DNA of 64,000 nt from an uncultured candidatus Brocadiaceae bacterium (GCA_964542765.1 CAZIVO010000005.1:1888-65887), one strand, 5' to 3'. Positions 30,180-39,900 are shown, counted from the stretch's first letter. Numbers and translations are program-made. The notes: generated by a model not told the origin, from the sequence alone.

Positions 30180-30647
30180 TCAGTCGCAATCCCCGCCAGA
30201 GAAGTGGGGTTCTGTGGATCTCATCGCCTGGTTGATCGCCGCCACGAGCTCTTGAGGCTCATCGGTACCGATGCGGAATTGCTTTCCGTTGGTGTAGGTC
30301 AACTCCACTGCGTCCAGACCCGAGACGTTCCACATCCAGCCATTGAACACGTATCGGATTCCGAACCCGTAGATCCACCTGTTGCGCACAGCCTGGCACA
30401 TTACGATCTCGTCGAGGGGTGTTGACTTGCGAATCAAACCCACACCGAAGCTCAGGCTAATGACCGCGTCATCGATCTGTACTGTCAATGAGTGGAAGAG
30501 GAGCATGATCAGGATGAACAGGACTGCCAAAGCGTAGACCTGCCAGATTCCCGCCATTCCCACAGCAACTAAAGCGACAACAGGGACCGATGTTGTCACT
30601 CGAACCACCGTACCTGGTTGGGTGTGGGAGTAGGTAACACGGCTCAT
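30180..30647 (-). CDS. Hypothetical membrane protein (2 TM + bacterial PH-like domain)
   Basis: Y.HTQPG, two TMs, F.SLTV, GFGIR...WNVSGLDAVEL, RIGTDEP. Confidence 0.7.
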   Translation of the reverse strand: MSRVTYSHTQPGTVVRVTTSVPVVALVAVGMAGIWQVYALAVLFILIMLLFHSLTVQIDDAVISLSFGVGLIRKSTPLDEIVMCQAVRNRWIYGFGIRYVFNGWMWNVSGLDAVELTYTNGKQFRIGTDEPQELVAAINQAMRSTEPHFSGGDCD

Positions 30648-30681
30648 CCCCCCATCCTACCCCCAGGTATTGGAAGTGAGG

Positions 30682-30894
30682 CTAACTTCGCTGGAGGATC
30701 ACCTCGTAGCCGCGGGTTAGGCTAGACCCGCCAGCAATCATATCTATCGCACCGATGGTGTTGACAATGTTCGCGGTTGCCTTCACATCCCAACCGTCTG
30801 CCACCAGTGCTGCGATCTCCTTCCAAGCCGCCTCGGATTTAGGGCCATCTCCTCCCTGCTCAAGTTCCACCCAAACCTTCGTTACCTCTCGCAT
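30682..30894 (-). CDS. Small hypothetical protein (70 aa)
   Basis: AGGAGA Shine-Dalgarno and GCTAAGAT -10-like motif upstream; protein-like sequence. Confidence 0.6.
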   Translation of the reverse strand: MREVTKVWVELEQGGDGPKSEAAWKEIAALVADGWDVKATANIVNTIGAIDMIAGGSSLTRGYEVILQRS

Positions 30895-30969
30895 GTTTTG
30901 ATCTCCTGCTCGCTGAGTAAGTGAGAGATCTTAGCAAAGGGTCGAGCAAGCGCTTTTGCGAGCAATCTT

Positions 30970-31173
30970 CTTCGTGAGGGGATGGTGCCGCACAAGGTGC
31001 ACTACTCACAAGACTCTCGCGCACCGACACCTTGATGGACTACCACAACAAGCGGAACAATGGCGACGTTGAAGGGGGGTTCACGGACCCCATGGAAGGT
31101 GGTTTCCAGCACGACTCTCTTGAGATTCTGGACCGCAAGCTTGCTGGTTCTTAGGCTGGTGAGGCTCATGAAG
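30970..31173 (+). repeat. Degenerate ~200-bp direct repeat, copy A (copy B at 34742-34946)
   Basis: Manual alignment of core 31001-31074 against 34774-34846 gives 57/74 identities; shared CTTCGTGA, TTCCAGCAYGACTC and TTGCTG blocks extend it. Confidence 0.85.
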
Positions 31174-31956
31174 CCCTCTCTCACCGCCTTTCCTTTCCTC
31201 CTCCCGGCGCTGCTGACCAGTGTCTCTGTCGGCGGGTGCACATCCATCGAACGACCGGTCACATCGAAGATCGACGAAGGTCGCCAGTGGGCCTTGCGTG
31301 AGATCGAGAACGCAGACGGGTCACGATCGATCGGGAAGATGCGGCCCAATGGCACGAAGGAGGGCTCGTGGCAGTCCTTCCATGTGAACGGCTGGCAAAA
31401 AAACACGGCCGAATACGCCGGCGGAAAGAAGCACGGACTCTGGACCGCGTGGTACGCGAGTGGTTCGAAGAAAGAAGAAGGGGCCTACAAGAACGGCGAG
31501 AGAGAGGGTCTTTGGAACTACTGGGGCCCAAGCGGAGGGCCGGCGTTGAAGACCGGGGTGGAAGCGTTCTGGGCTATCGAGAAGTATGACGATGGGAGGA
31601 AGATGGCCGAGGGCTTCAAGAATAGCCTCAAGCAAAAACTGGGGTCCTGGACCTACTGGGACGAGAAGGGTCTGAAGTGGAAGGAGGGCCAATTCCAGGG
31701 CGGTAAGGAAGAAGGGCTCTGGACCTACTGGTACGAGAAGGGGCAAAAGTGGAAGGAAGGCGAATACCAGGGCGGCAAGCAACAAGGCTTCTGGACGCGC
31801 TGGTACGAGAAGGGCCAGGAATGGTCGGAGGGCGCATACCACAATGGCAAGGAAGAAGGGCTCTGGACCTACTGGAACGAAGACGGCACCGTCAATTCCC
31901 TGGTCAGCGGCATCTACAAAGCTGGCAAGCGGATCGCACCCCTCCCCGACAAGTAA
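31168..31956 (+). CDS. MORN-variant (YwqK-like) repeat lipoprotein
   Basis: Signal ending VGGC; 24-aa repeats EG.WTYWYEKGQKWKEG.Y.GGK. Confidence 0.82.
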   Translation: MKPSLTAFPFLLPALLTSVSVGGCTSIERPVTSKIDEGRQWALREIENADGSRSIGKMRPNGTKEGSWQSFHVNGWQKNTAEYAGGKKHGLWTAWYASGSKKEEGAYKNGEREGLWNYWGPSGGPALKTGVEAFWAIEKYDDGRKMAEGFKNSLKQKLGSWTYWDEKGLKWKEGQFQGGKEEGLWTYWYEKGQKWKEGEYQGGKQQGFWTRWYEKGQEWSEGAYHNGKEEGLWTYWNEDGTVNSLVSGIYKAGKRIAPLPDK

Positions 31957-31963
31957 GAGCAAC

Positions 31964-32022
31964 TAGCTCAGACCAAGTCCTGCTGTCCAGGTGTGTGTGA
32001 ATATGGTGGGAGAGCTTTGGTC
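31964..32022 (+). repeat. Dispersed junction motif, copy 1
   Basis: TAGCTCAGACCAAGTCCTGCTGTCCAGG: 24/28 identical to 36577-36604; 31971-31999 is 25/29 identical to the reverse complement of 33150-33178. Confidence 0.8.
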
Positions 32023-32264
32023 CATCATGTCGGATTGCACTTCTTGGCAGGGCCAAAGTAATGATTCAGGGCCAGCCATAAATGCCTAGAAACAATCGGG
32101 TAAACGACGACTAGCTTCCTATGATCTGCGCCGCGAAGGGGGGCGATCGAAATCCTGGGCGCTGAAATCAATTCCCATGGTAATGCTCGGTCTCGGCCCT
32201 GTGATCGGAATGCTAATCGCAATGGCGGCAAGGGTTGGATAAGTCGATGATCTCAAGAGAACCG

Positions 32265-33137
32265 ATGAATCGTAAGCGTCTTCACTGGACCAACTTTCTG
32301 TTCGTGTCGGCCGCCCACTTGGTGGCCGTGTTTGCAATCGTCTATCTGGTGGTCTTCCACTTCTCGTGGTGGACGATCGGCTTCGGCGCGCTTTGGGGCA
32401 TATTCTGTGGGCTATCGATCACCGGCGGCTACCACCGCCTGTTCTCGCATTCGGCTTATGTTGCAAGCTGGCCGCTGCGCGTGTTCTACCTCGCATTCGG
32501 GGCGGCATCGGTGCAAAACTCGGCACTCGTCTGGGCTGCCGACCATCGCACGCACCATGCGCACACCGATCACGATCGCGATCCTTACAGTATCGAGCGG
32601 GGGTTCTGGTGGGCGCATATCGGCTGGGTCGTTTGCAAGTCCAACGAACATCCGAACCGCTCCCTCGTCCGCGACCTTGAAGCGGACCCTCTGGTGCGCT
32701 TCCAGCATCGATTTTACCTGCCGCTCGCGCTCCTGTTCAGTTCCGTCGCGCCGGCAGCGATCGGTACGGCATGGGGCGACCCGATCGGCGCGCTCCTGGT
32801 CGCGGGCTGGTTGCGGCTCGTAATACAGTGGCACGCGACATTCTCGGTGAACTCGTTCGCGCACCTGATCGGCAGTCAGCCATACGAGCGGACCGGCACG
32901 GCTCGTGACAGCTTGATCGTCGCGCTCCTGACCATGGGCGAGGGCTACCACAACTTTCACCACCGCTTTCAGATCGACTACCGCAACGGCGTTCGGTGGT
33001 ACCACTTCGATCCGACCAAGTGGTGGGTATGGGCTTCCTCTTGCCTCGGGCTCACGCGGAAGCTCAGGCGCGTACCCGCCGAGCGGATCGAAGCCGTACG
33101 CCGCGCGGTGAGACTCCAATCGTCGGCCCTGACCTGA
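32265..33137 (+). CDS. Delta-9-type acyl-lipid/acyl-CoA desaturase
   Basis: His boxes HRLFSH, HRTHH, HNFHH; ITGGY, D.DPYS, GFWWAH, DPTKW. Confidence 0.93.
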   Translation: MNRKRLHWTNFLFVSAAHLVAVFAIVYLVVFHFSWWTIGFGALWGIFCGLSITGGYHRLFSHSAYVASWPLRVFYLAFGAASVQNSALVWAADHRTHHAHTDHDRDPYSIERGFWWAHIGWVVCKSNEHPNRSLVRDLEADPLVRFQHRFYLPLALLFSSVAPAAIGTAWGDPIGALLVAGWLRLVIQWHATFSVNSFAHLIGSQPYERTGTARDSLIVALLTMGEGYHNFHHRFQIDYRNGVRWYHFDPTKWWVWASSCLGLTRKLRRVPAERIEAVRRAVRLQSSALT

Positions 33138-33140
33138 GGC

Positions 33141-33178
33141 CCATATCACCACCCGCACCTGGACAGCAGAACTTGATC
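33141..33178 (-). repeat. Dispersed junction motif, copy 2 (inverted)
   Basis: Reverse complement GATCAAGTTCTGCTGTCCAGGTGCGGGTGGTGATATGG shares the 14-bp core CTGCTGTCCAGGTG with copy 1. Confidence 0.8.
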
Positions 33179-33266
33179 CGGTCTTGGTGGAGGTGGGGAG
33201 TAATTCTTGGGCAGAGGTTCGAGCTTTCTGCAGCTTTGTAGATGTCGCTGAGAATGGGCCCGATGG

Positions 33267-34634
33267 CTAGAAGCCGATGGTTGCCTTGCCTGCGTTGGAG
33301 AGGGCCACGCCCAGCGGGTTGGCCTTGAGGTCGAGGGCCAGACCCTGGAGGTAGAGGTTCTTGCCGAGAAGCCAGCGATTCTTGCCGGGGATCGCGAGGT
33401 CGAAGCGCGCGGAGCCTGCGTTGTTCTTCAGTGGCAGGGTCACATCTGCACCCACCAAGAGCTTGCATCCCGGTAGCCCTAGAATTCCGAGGTTCAGCGG
33501 TAGCTTGATTGCTCCCCACTGCTGGTTCGACATGCCAACGGCGATGAAGGGGCCTGCGGCAGGAGCTGTTTGCAATCGCGAAAGCGTAGTCGTGAAGGTC
33601 TTGCCGTAGACCGGTTGCGTCATCGCTGTGAGTTGAGGAATGCCCGCGCTGCCCTTGCAGCCGGTGCCGAAGGTGGTGAATGTTGCTGGCGAGGGGATGG
33701 CGTACTCCCACATATCTGCCGAGGGGCCCGGACTCCACCCACCAAACATCACGGTGCGGCGACGAGCAAGGTCGTAGGCCATCGCATGTTGCTGGCGACC
33801 GGATGGCGAAGTAGCAGGTTTGATCTGCGCCCAGCTCTTACCGTTCCACTCCCAGGTGTCTGCCAGGTTTCTTCTGCCGTATCCACCGAACATCACGGTG
33901 CGACCACGTGCCAGATCGTAGACCATGGCGTGATCGGATCGACCGGGTGGGAATGTGACGGGGGAGTTCTGCGCCCAGCTCTTGCCGTCCCATTCCCATG
34001 TGTCTGAGAAGTAGCCGTTGCCTCGAGCGTATCCGCCGAACAAGACAGTGCGGCGACGTGAGGAGTCGTAGGCCATCGTGTGGCTCGTTCGCGCAGGTGG
34101 CGGTGTAGCCGGTTTGATCTGCGTCCAGTTCTTACCGTTCCACTCCCAGGTGTCCGAGAAGTAGCTGCCGTTCCATCCACCGAACATCACGGTGTGTCTG
34201 CGGACAGAGTCGTAGGCCATTGCATGATTGAGTCGGGCAGATGGCGAAGTGGCCGGTCTGATCTGCGTCCAGTTCTTACCATCCCATTCCCAGGTGTCAT
34301 TCATCGGACTGCTGCCGTTCCATCCACCGAACATCACGGCGCGCCGGCGTGCAGGGTCGTAGGCCATTGCATGTTGGTGTCTGCCGGGTGGCGATGTGGC
34401 AGGTTTGATCCGCGCCCATCTCATACCGTCCCACTCCCAGGTGTCTGCCAAGTTGTTGCCGTTCCCTCCACCGAACATCACGGTGCGCTGACGGGCAGAG
34501 TCGTAGACCATCGCGTGACCTCCTCGGATAGGGGGCGAGGTTGCCGGTGGGAGCTTGATCTGCGTCCAGTTCATCTGAGCAGAACACGCCAGCGCGAGAC
34601 CTAGACAAGCGATTGAGGTGGGGATGGGATGCAT
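33267..34634 (-). CDS. Secreted six-bladed Kelch beta-propeller protein with Cys-paired C-terminal module
   Basis: Signal peptide ending CSA-Q; six ~48-50-aa repeats R..HAM.YD..R.RTVMFGG...DTWEW.G; C-terminal FGTGC...GLPGC...LQG...SNA. Confidence 0.85.
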   Translation of the reverse strand: MHPIPTSIACLGLALACSAQMNWTQIKLPPATSPPIRGGHAMVYDSARQRTVMFGGGNGNNLADTWEWDGMRWARIKPATSPPGRHQHAMAYDPARRRAVMFGGWNGSSPMNDTWEWDGKNWTQIRPATSPSARLNHAMAYDSVRRHTVMFGGWNGSYFSDTWEWNGKNWTQIKPATPPPARTSHTMAYDSSRRRTVLFGGYARGNGYFSDTWEWDGKSWAQNSPVTFPPGRSDHAMVYDLARGRTVMFGGYGRRNLADTWEWNGKSWAQIKPATSPSGRQQHAMAYDLARRRTVMFGGWSPGPSADMWEYAIPSPATFTTFGTGCKGSAGIPQLTAMTQPVYGKTFTTTLSRLQTAPAAGPFIAVGMSNQQWGAIKLPLNLGILGLPGCKLLVGADVTLPLKNNAGSARFDLAIPGKNRWLLGKNLYLQGLALDLKANPLGVALSNAGKATIGF

Positions 34635-34679
34635 GGCTGGTATCCAGAAGTGTGCGCCGCGCATGCTACTCCACCTCGG

Positions 34680-34705
34680 ACAAGCCAGGAATCCCCGCAG
34701 ACCTG
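34680..34705 (+). repeat. Short degenerate direct repeat (partner 35525-35550)
   Basis: ACAAGCCAGGAATCCCCGCAGACCTG vs ACAAGCCAGGAGTCCTCGCGGTCCCG, 21/26 identical. Confidence 0.6.
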
Positions 34706-34741
34706 CTGTGTGAGTGAGGGGGGAGTTGTTGCAATCGACTG

Positions 34742-34946
34742 CTTCGTGAAGGGATGAGGCCTCGTGAGGCGCAACTACTCACAAGACGCCAGTTCATCGA
34801 CACCTCGATGGACCATTACAGCAAGTTGAACATTGTGATGTTGAAGCCGAGTTCAGGAGCGTCACGGGAGACAGCTTCCAGCATGACTCCCTTCAAATTC
34901 GGGGCGGTGAGATTGCTGCGAATGAGGGGATGCAAGCCTGACGAAG
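34742..34946 (+). repeat. Degenerate ~200-bp direct repeat, copy B
   Basis: Same alignment as copy A at 30970-31173. Confidence 0.85.
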
Positions 34947-35067
34947 AAAAGAGTATGCTCGATGTCCGCAAGTGATTGCCCGAAAGCTTGGCTCCGGGCT
35001 TCGATACGTGGTCGTTGTGACTCTGTTCCCTCTTCCCCTCCTACGGCTGAGTTGATCTCGGCGGCGC

Positions 35068-35505
35068 ATGGTTCCCATCCACGAAAACCTCAAGTCTGCC
35101 CTGTCGCAGATGAGTTGGCGGATCGAGCCCGGCACCTTTGCGCTGCTCGGCTTCGAGACGCCACCAACTGCCGCAGATCTTGAATTGCTGAGCGTTCCCC
35201 CCGCCCAGATCGTGACGGAAGCGGAGCAAACGACCCTGCTGATTCCGTCGGATCGAGTCGAAGAGGCGCTGCGACGCCACCCCGAAGCGGAGGTCGAGCG
35301 TGACCTGATCTGGGTACGCTTCGACGCGCCCATGAGCTGGGACGTCGTAGGGTTTTTGGCCCTGGTCACCAGGCACCTCGCAGCAGCGGGCATCCCTATC
35401 GGAGCGGTTTGCGGTTTTCGTCGCGACCATTTGTTTTTGGCGCAGCGTCACCAAGAACGCGCATGCGCCGTGCTCGCCGAGGTCCTGTCATCCGATCCCG
35501 AGTGA
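35068..35505 (+). CDS. ACT-domain protein (ACT_7/DUF2241-like)
   Basis: E..QTTLL, VVGFLALVTRHLAAAGIPIGAVCGFRRDHLF. Confidence 0.75.
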   Translation: MVPIHENLKSALSQMSWRIEPGTFALLGFETPPTAADLELLSVPPAQIVTEAEQTTLLIPSDRVEEALRRHPEAEVERDLIWVRFDAPMSWDVVGFLALVTRHLAAAGIPIGAVCGFRRDHLFLAQRHQERACAVLAEVLSSDPE

Positions 35506-35524
35506 CTCCGGTCCTGTTTTCCGC

Positions 35525-35550
35525 ACAAGCCAGGAGTCCTCGCGGTCCCG
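35525..35550 (+). repeat. Short degenerate direct repeat (partner 34680-34705)
   Basis: 21/26 identity; abuts the stop codon of the 35551-36537 gene. Confidence 0.6.
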
Positions 35551-36537
35551 TTATTTGCCGAAGGTAATGGCTGTTCCCCCACTCGAGGTGAGGCCCAAAC
35601 GGTTGCTGCCGAGATCGATATTGACACCCTGGCTATAGATCGTCTTGCCAACGAAATAGGGGTTGTTCGGCACCACAAAGTTCAAGATTGCGGACACACC
35701 CTTGGGGCCGAAAGGGACACCCTTCGAGAAGATTGGGTCGAGATAGAGAGAGCATCCCGTCATGCCGATGGTGCTCAGGTTCAGGTTTTTTTGCGTTGCT
35801 CCTAACATGATCGAGCCACCCGAATTCGCTCGGCCACCGGCCATGTTGAGGCCGAATCTCTTGCCAAGATTGGGAGCTCCGCTTCCAGCGATGCTCAGAG
35901 GTCCGCTACCGCAACCCTTGCCATAGTTGCCGAAGAGGCCATCGCACACTCTCATCTTCAAGGCCGATAGCGAACCCATTGTTCCGTTCGCAGGCGGGAT
36001 GCCCCACCAGTTGATGGCATAGATCGAGCGGCGCCCTCCGTGACGACAAGAAGCGTTCCCGAGGCTGGAATGGTTGCCCATCACCAGAATCTCGACCAGA
36101 AGATCGCCCTTGGCGGGATCATAGTTGAAGGAACCGGTGAGTCCGATCTTGCTCCATACACCGGCTGTCTGGGCCCAGGTATGCCCCTTCTTGTTCAGCA
36201 CCGTGACGGGACTGTTTCCGAGGTTGGCCGCAAAGTTGAGCGTCAGGGCTCCCTTGTGGTGCGCCATCTTGATGACGAGGCTAGTCGAAGAGTGAGTGCC
36301 GGTGCCACATGGCGCAAAGGACAGGCTCGTGATGGTTCGCTTGCTATGGCCGAGCTCTTGAGCCGTCATCTTGGTCTGATAGTACACGTTCCGCCAGGTC
36401 GAACTGCTCCTGGTGGTTCCCCAAGGGATCACACCACAGACGCCGGAATTGGGGAAGTTGCCCCACGTGTAGTGGCAGTTGTTCTGAGCGCCGAGATGAG
36501 CTGTCGCGGCGAGGACAAGAAGAGGAAGGTATCGCAT
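35551..36537 (-). CDS. Secreted protein: beta-rich N-terminal domain + Cys-paired C-terminal module
   Basis: AAGGA upstream; signal MRYLPLLVLAATAHLGA-Q; last 127 aa ~64% identical to the C-terminus of 43096-43623. Confidence 0.8.
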   Translation of the reverse strand: MRYLPLLVLAATAHLGAQNNCHYTWGNFPNSGVCGVIPWGTTRSSSTWRNVYYQTKMTAQELGHSKRTITSLSFAPCGTGTHSSTSLVIKMAHHKGALTLNFAANLGNSPVTVLNKKGHTWAQTAGVWSKIGLTGSFNYDPAKGDLLVEILVMGNHSSLGNASCRHGGRRSIYAINWWGIPPANGTMGSLSALKMRVCDGLFGNYGKGCGSGPLSIAGSGAPNLGKRFGLNMAGGRANSGGSIMLGATQKNLNLSTIGMTGCSLYLDPIFSKGVPFGPKGVSAILNFVVPNNPYFVGKTIYSQGVNIDLGSNRLGLTSSGGTAITFGK

Positions 36538-36576
36538 GAGATGTTTCCTTACAGCGGTCTGGTCGGGATCTGACTG

Positions 36577-36640
36577 TAGCTCAGGCCAAGTTCTTCTGTC
36601 TAGGGTATGGAGCGGGGTATGGGTCGGTAAAGCTCTGCTC
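36577..36640 (+). repeat. Dispersed junction motif, copy 3
   Basis: TAGCTCAGGCCAAGTTCTTCTGTCTAGG...TATGGGTCGGTAAAGCTCTGCTC resembles 31964-32022. Confidence 0.75.
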
Positions 36641-36929
36641 TTGCTTGTTGAAGGGCTTTGCGAGCAAAGAGAGAGCCGAAGGAGGATTCCCGGAGCCATA
36701 CTGACTGCGCTCGGTGTCGTGTTCCGGGTGAAGCTGATTCGCTGGCCGGAGTAACTCGTAGCAGTGGGGTCTCATCTCCGTCGACTCGCCCCCTCTGGCG
36801 ACTTGGTTGATGTCGCAGCAAATCTTGACGGCCACATCCGGGCTATTTGTCAGGTGCCAGGCCTGGACAGTGGGCGCGAGTCTGTGTTGGCTGCGCTCGC
36901 GGGTGCGATCCTGCTATGCTGGCGTCGCC

Positions 36930-39900
36930 ATGCGTTTCTTGCTCAGCCTTTCGGTGACCACCCTGGCCTCGGTTTGCGCGGCTCAAGCGACCACGGCTCC
37001 GGACTTCAACCGGGACGTGCGCCCGATCCTGTCCGAGCATTGCTACCGCTGCCATGGACCCGACACGGCGGCGCGCAAGGCAGGATTGCGTCTCGACCAA
37101 CGTGAGTCGGCCCTGTCGCGCCAGCGCCGCGGCAAGGAGGGTCGCTCGCGGCCGCCGGCGATCGCCGTTGGGCGTCCGCGGGGGAGCGAAGTCATCCGGC
37201 GCGTGCGGCACTCCGATCCCGGCGAGCGTATGCCGCCGCGCAAGCACCCGGCGCTCACGGCGGATCAGATCGAGATCCTAGAAGATTGGATTTCGGCCGG
37301 CGCCGCCTATGCCGAACATTGGTCCCTGGTACCGCCGCGGCGGCCGCCGTTGCCACCGGTCGCTGACCGTTCCTGGCCGCTCAACCCGATCGATCACTTC
37401 GTGCTCGCCGAGATGGAGAACCGTGGTCTGCAGCCGACGGTCGCTACCGATCCGGCGACCCTGTTGCGACGCGTGACTCTTGATCTCACCGGACTGCCGC
37501 CGACGCCCGAGGAACTCGACGCCTTCCTGGCGGATCCATCCGATGAGAAGTACCAAGCGCAGGTTGATCGCTTGCTCGATTCGCCTCGCCACGCCGAACA
37601 CGCCGCGCGTCACTGGCTGGATCTCGCTCGCTACGCCGATACACATGGCTACCAATATGATCAGCAGCGTATGCAATGGGTCTGGCGGGAATGGGTCATC
37701 GATGCTTACCAATCCAACACTCCCTTCGATCGTTTCACGCTGCTGCAGATTGCCGGTGACCTGCTGCCCGATGCGAGCGATCAGGATCGTCTCGCGACCG
37801 GCTTCCAGCGCAATCACGGCATCACCATCGAAGGTGGTGTCATCGACGAGGAGTACCGCACCGAATACGTCATCGACCGTGTTGCCACCAATGGCACCGT
37901 TTGGATGGGTTTGACTCTGGGCTGTGCGCGGTGCCATGACCACAAGTACGACCCTATCACGCAAGAAGAGTTCTACGGCCTCTACGCCTTCTTCAATAAC
38001 GTTCCCGAACGCGGCAACGGCCCGAGGAACGGCTTTGCTCCCACCTTGAAGGTCGCCGGTCGCAGTCAGCGGAAAGAACTGGACCGCATCGAGGACGAAC
38101 TCGCCGAGGTCGGCGCCGATCTGGAGCGAGCCTTCACCAGATCGGCATCGGCACGCCGGCGCTGGGAGCAGAGCGCTGCCAGGTCGGGGCCGAAATGGGA
38201 GGTCTTGCGTCCGCGTTCGGCCACCTCTTCAGCGGGGACGCCCCTGGCCATCAAGCCCGATGGTTCGGTTCTCGCTGGCGGCCAGCCTCCGGCTCGCGAG
38301 GATCACGAGATCGTTGCCGAGACCTCGAAGCGATCGATCACCGCCGTGCGCCTCGAGGCTCTGGTCGATCCGTCCTTGCCGCGTGCCGGCAATAAATTCG
38401 GCAGCACCGGTCGTCACGATAATGGCAATTTCGTGCTCAGTGAATTCGAGTTGGAGGTGGCGCCCAAGGGTGGCAAGGGCGAGCCCGAGCGGGTCGCCCT
38501 GCGGCGTAGCTTCGCCGATCATTCCCAGAAGGGTTACGAGGTGGCCAAGGCGATCGATGGTACCGTTGCGGGTAACAACGGTTGGGCTGTCGATGGCAAT
38601 ACCAGGAGAGAAAAACGTACGGCAATCTTCGTCTTGAAGGAGCCGATCGAGTTGCGCGGCGGCGCTCGATTGATCATGCGTTTGCGCTACCAGTCCGGCT
38701 TCGGCAGCCACAGTATCGGCCGTCCGCGGCTGTCGATTTCGAGCGACACTGCGGCCACCGATGAAGCGGCGACCCTGAAGCGTACGAAGGTCAGCGCGAT
38801 TCTTGCAACTCCGCGAGGGCAGCGATCCTCTGCTCAGAACGAGACCCTTGCCGAGTTCCACATGCGGCATCACGGTTCCGCCGAAGACAAGAAGCTGCTC
38901 TCTCGTCGCACGCAACTGATGGCGCGGCGAAGCGCTGTGACCAAGGCCATCCCACCGACGCTGGTGATGGCGGAAATGCCGAAACCACGGACAGCGCATG
39001 TCTTGCAGCGCGGTAGTTACGATCAGCCTGGAGCCGTGGTGACTGCCGACGTTCCTTCTGCCTTGCCGCGTTTGCCGAAGGGAGCGCCTCGCAATCGTCT
39101 TGGATTCGCCCGCTGGCTCGTCGATGAAACTCATCCTTTGACCCGGCGCGTCGCCGTCAACCGTTACTGGCGGATGTCCTTCGGTCGAGGCTTGGTTTCG
39201 ACGGGCGAAGATTTCGGTAGCCAAGGCGCTTGGCCGACACATCCCGAACTTCTCGACTGGCTGGCGGTGGAGTTTGGTGAGAACGGATGGGACATCAAGG
39301 CGATGCGCAGGCTCATCGTCACCTCGCAGACCTATAGACAAGCCTCGAGCGGGGTACAAGAGACCGTGGCGCGCGACCCCAACAATCTCTGGCTCGCCCG
39401 CATGCCGCGCTTGCGTTTGGCGGCCGAAGAAATCCGCGACCAGGCCCTGGCTCTCGGTGGATTGCTGGTCGAGACGATCGGCGGCCCGAGCGTTTATCCC
39501 TACCAGCCTTCGGGGCTCTGGGAAGAACTCAACAACCGCAAGGGCTATTCCGTGCCTTATCGCCAGAGCAAGGGGGACGATCTCTATCGTCGCAGTCTCT
39601 ACACCTTCTGGAAGCGGACCCTGCCGCCGCCGAGCATGGTGACCTTCGATGCTCCCGAACGCGAGTTCTGCACGGTGGAGCGTTCCCGAACCAACACACC
39701 CTTGCAGGCGCTCGTCCTCCTCAATGACCCGACCTTCGTGGAGGCGGCGCGGCACTTCGCGGTCCGCATGCGCGCTGCGGGTGGAGGAGACCGTAGCTCC
39801 GGCCTCGGTTTTGGTTTCAGGGCCGCCACCGGCCGTTCCCCCGAACAAAAGGAACTGACGGTCTTGCTGCGTCTGCTCGAGGATCAAGAGGCCGTTTTCT

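Noticed and set aside
31002..31406. ORFs 31002-31406 (-) and 34754-34975 (+) spanning the 200-bp repeats
   Set aside because: Frames are not preserved between the two copies and the first overlaps the MORN gene antisense; at most pseudogene remnants.
31168..31956. YwqK-like protein as the antitoxin of a toxin-antitoxin pair
   Set aside because: Generic MORN-variant repeats on a lipoprotein; no adjacent toxin gene.
33700..34575. ~145-150-bp tandem repeats as a CRISPR array or DGR repeat pair
   Set aside because: They are in-frame Kelch blades; no constant repeat/unique spacer pattern, cas genes or reverse transcriptase.
30180..36800. Integron cassette array
   Set aside because: Genes are in mixed orientation, I see no RYYYAAC...GTTRRRY attC palindromes, and there is no intI.
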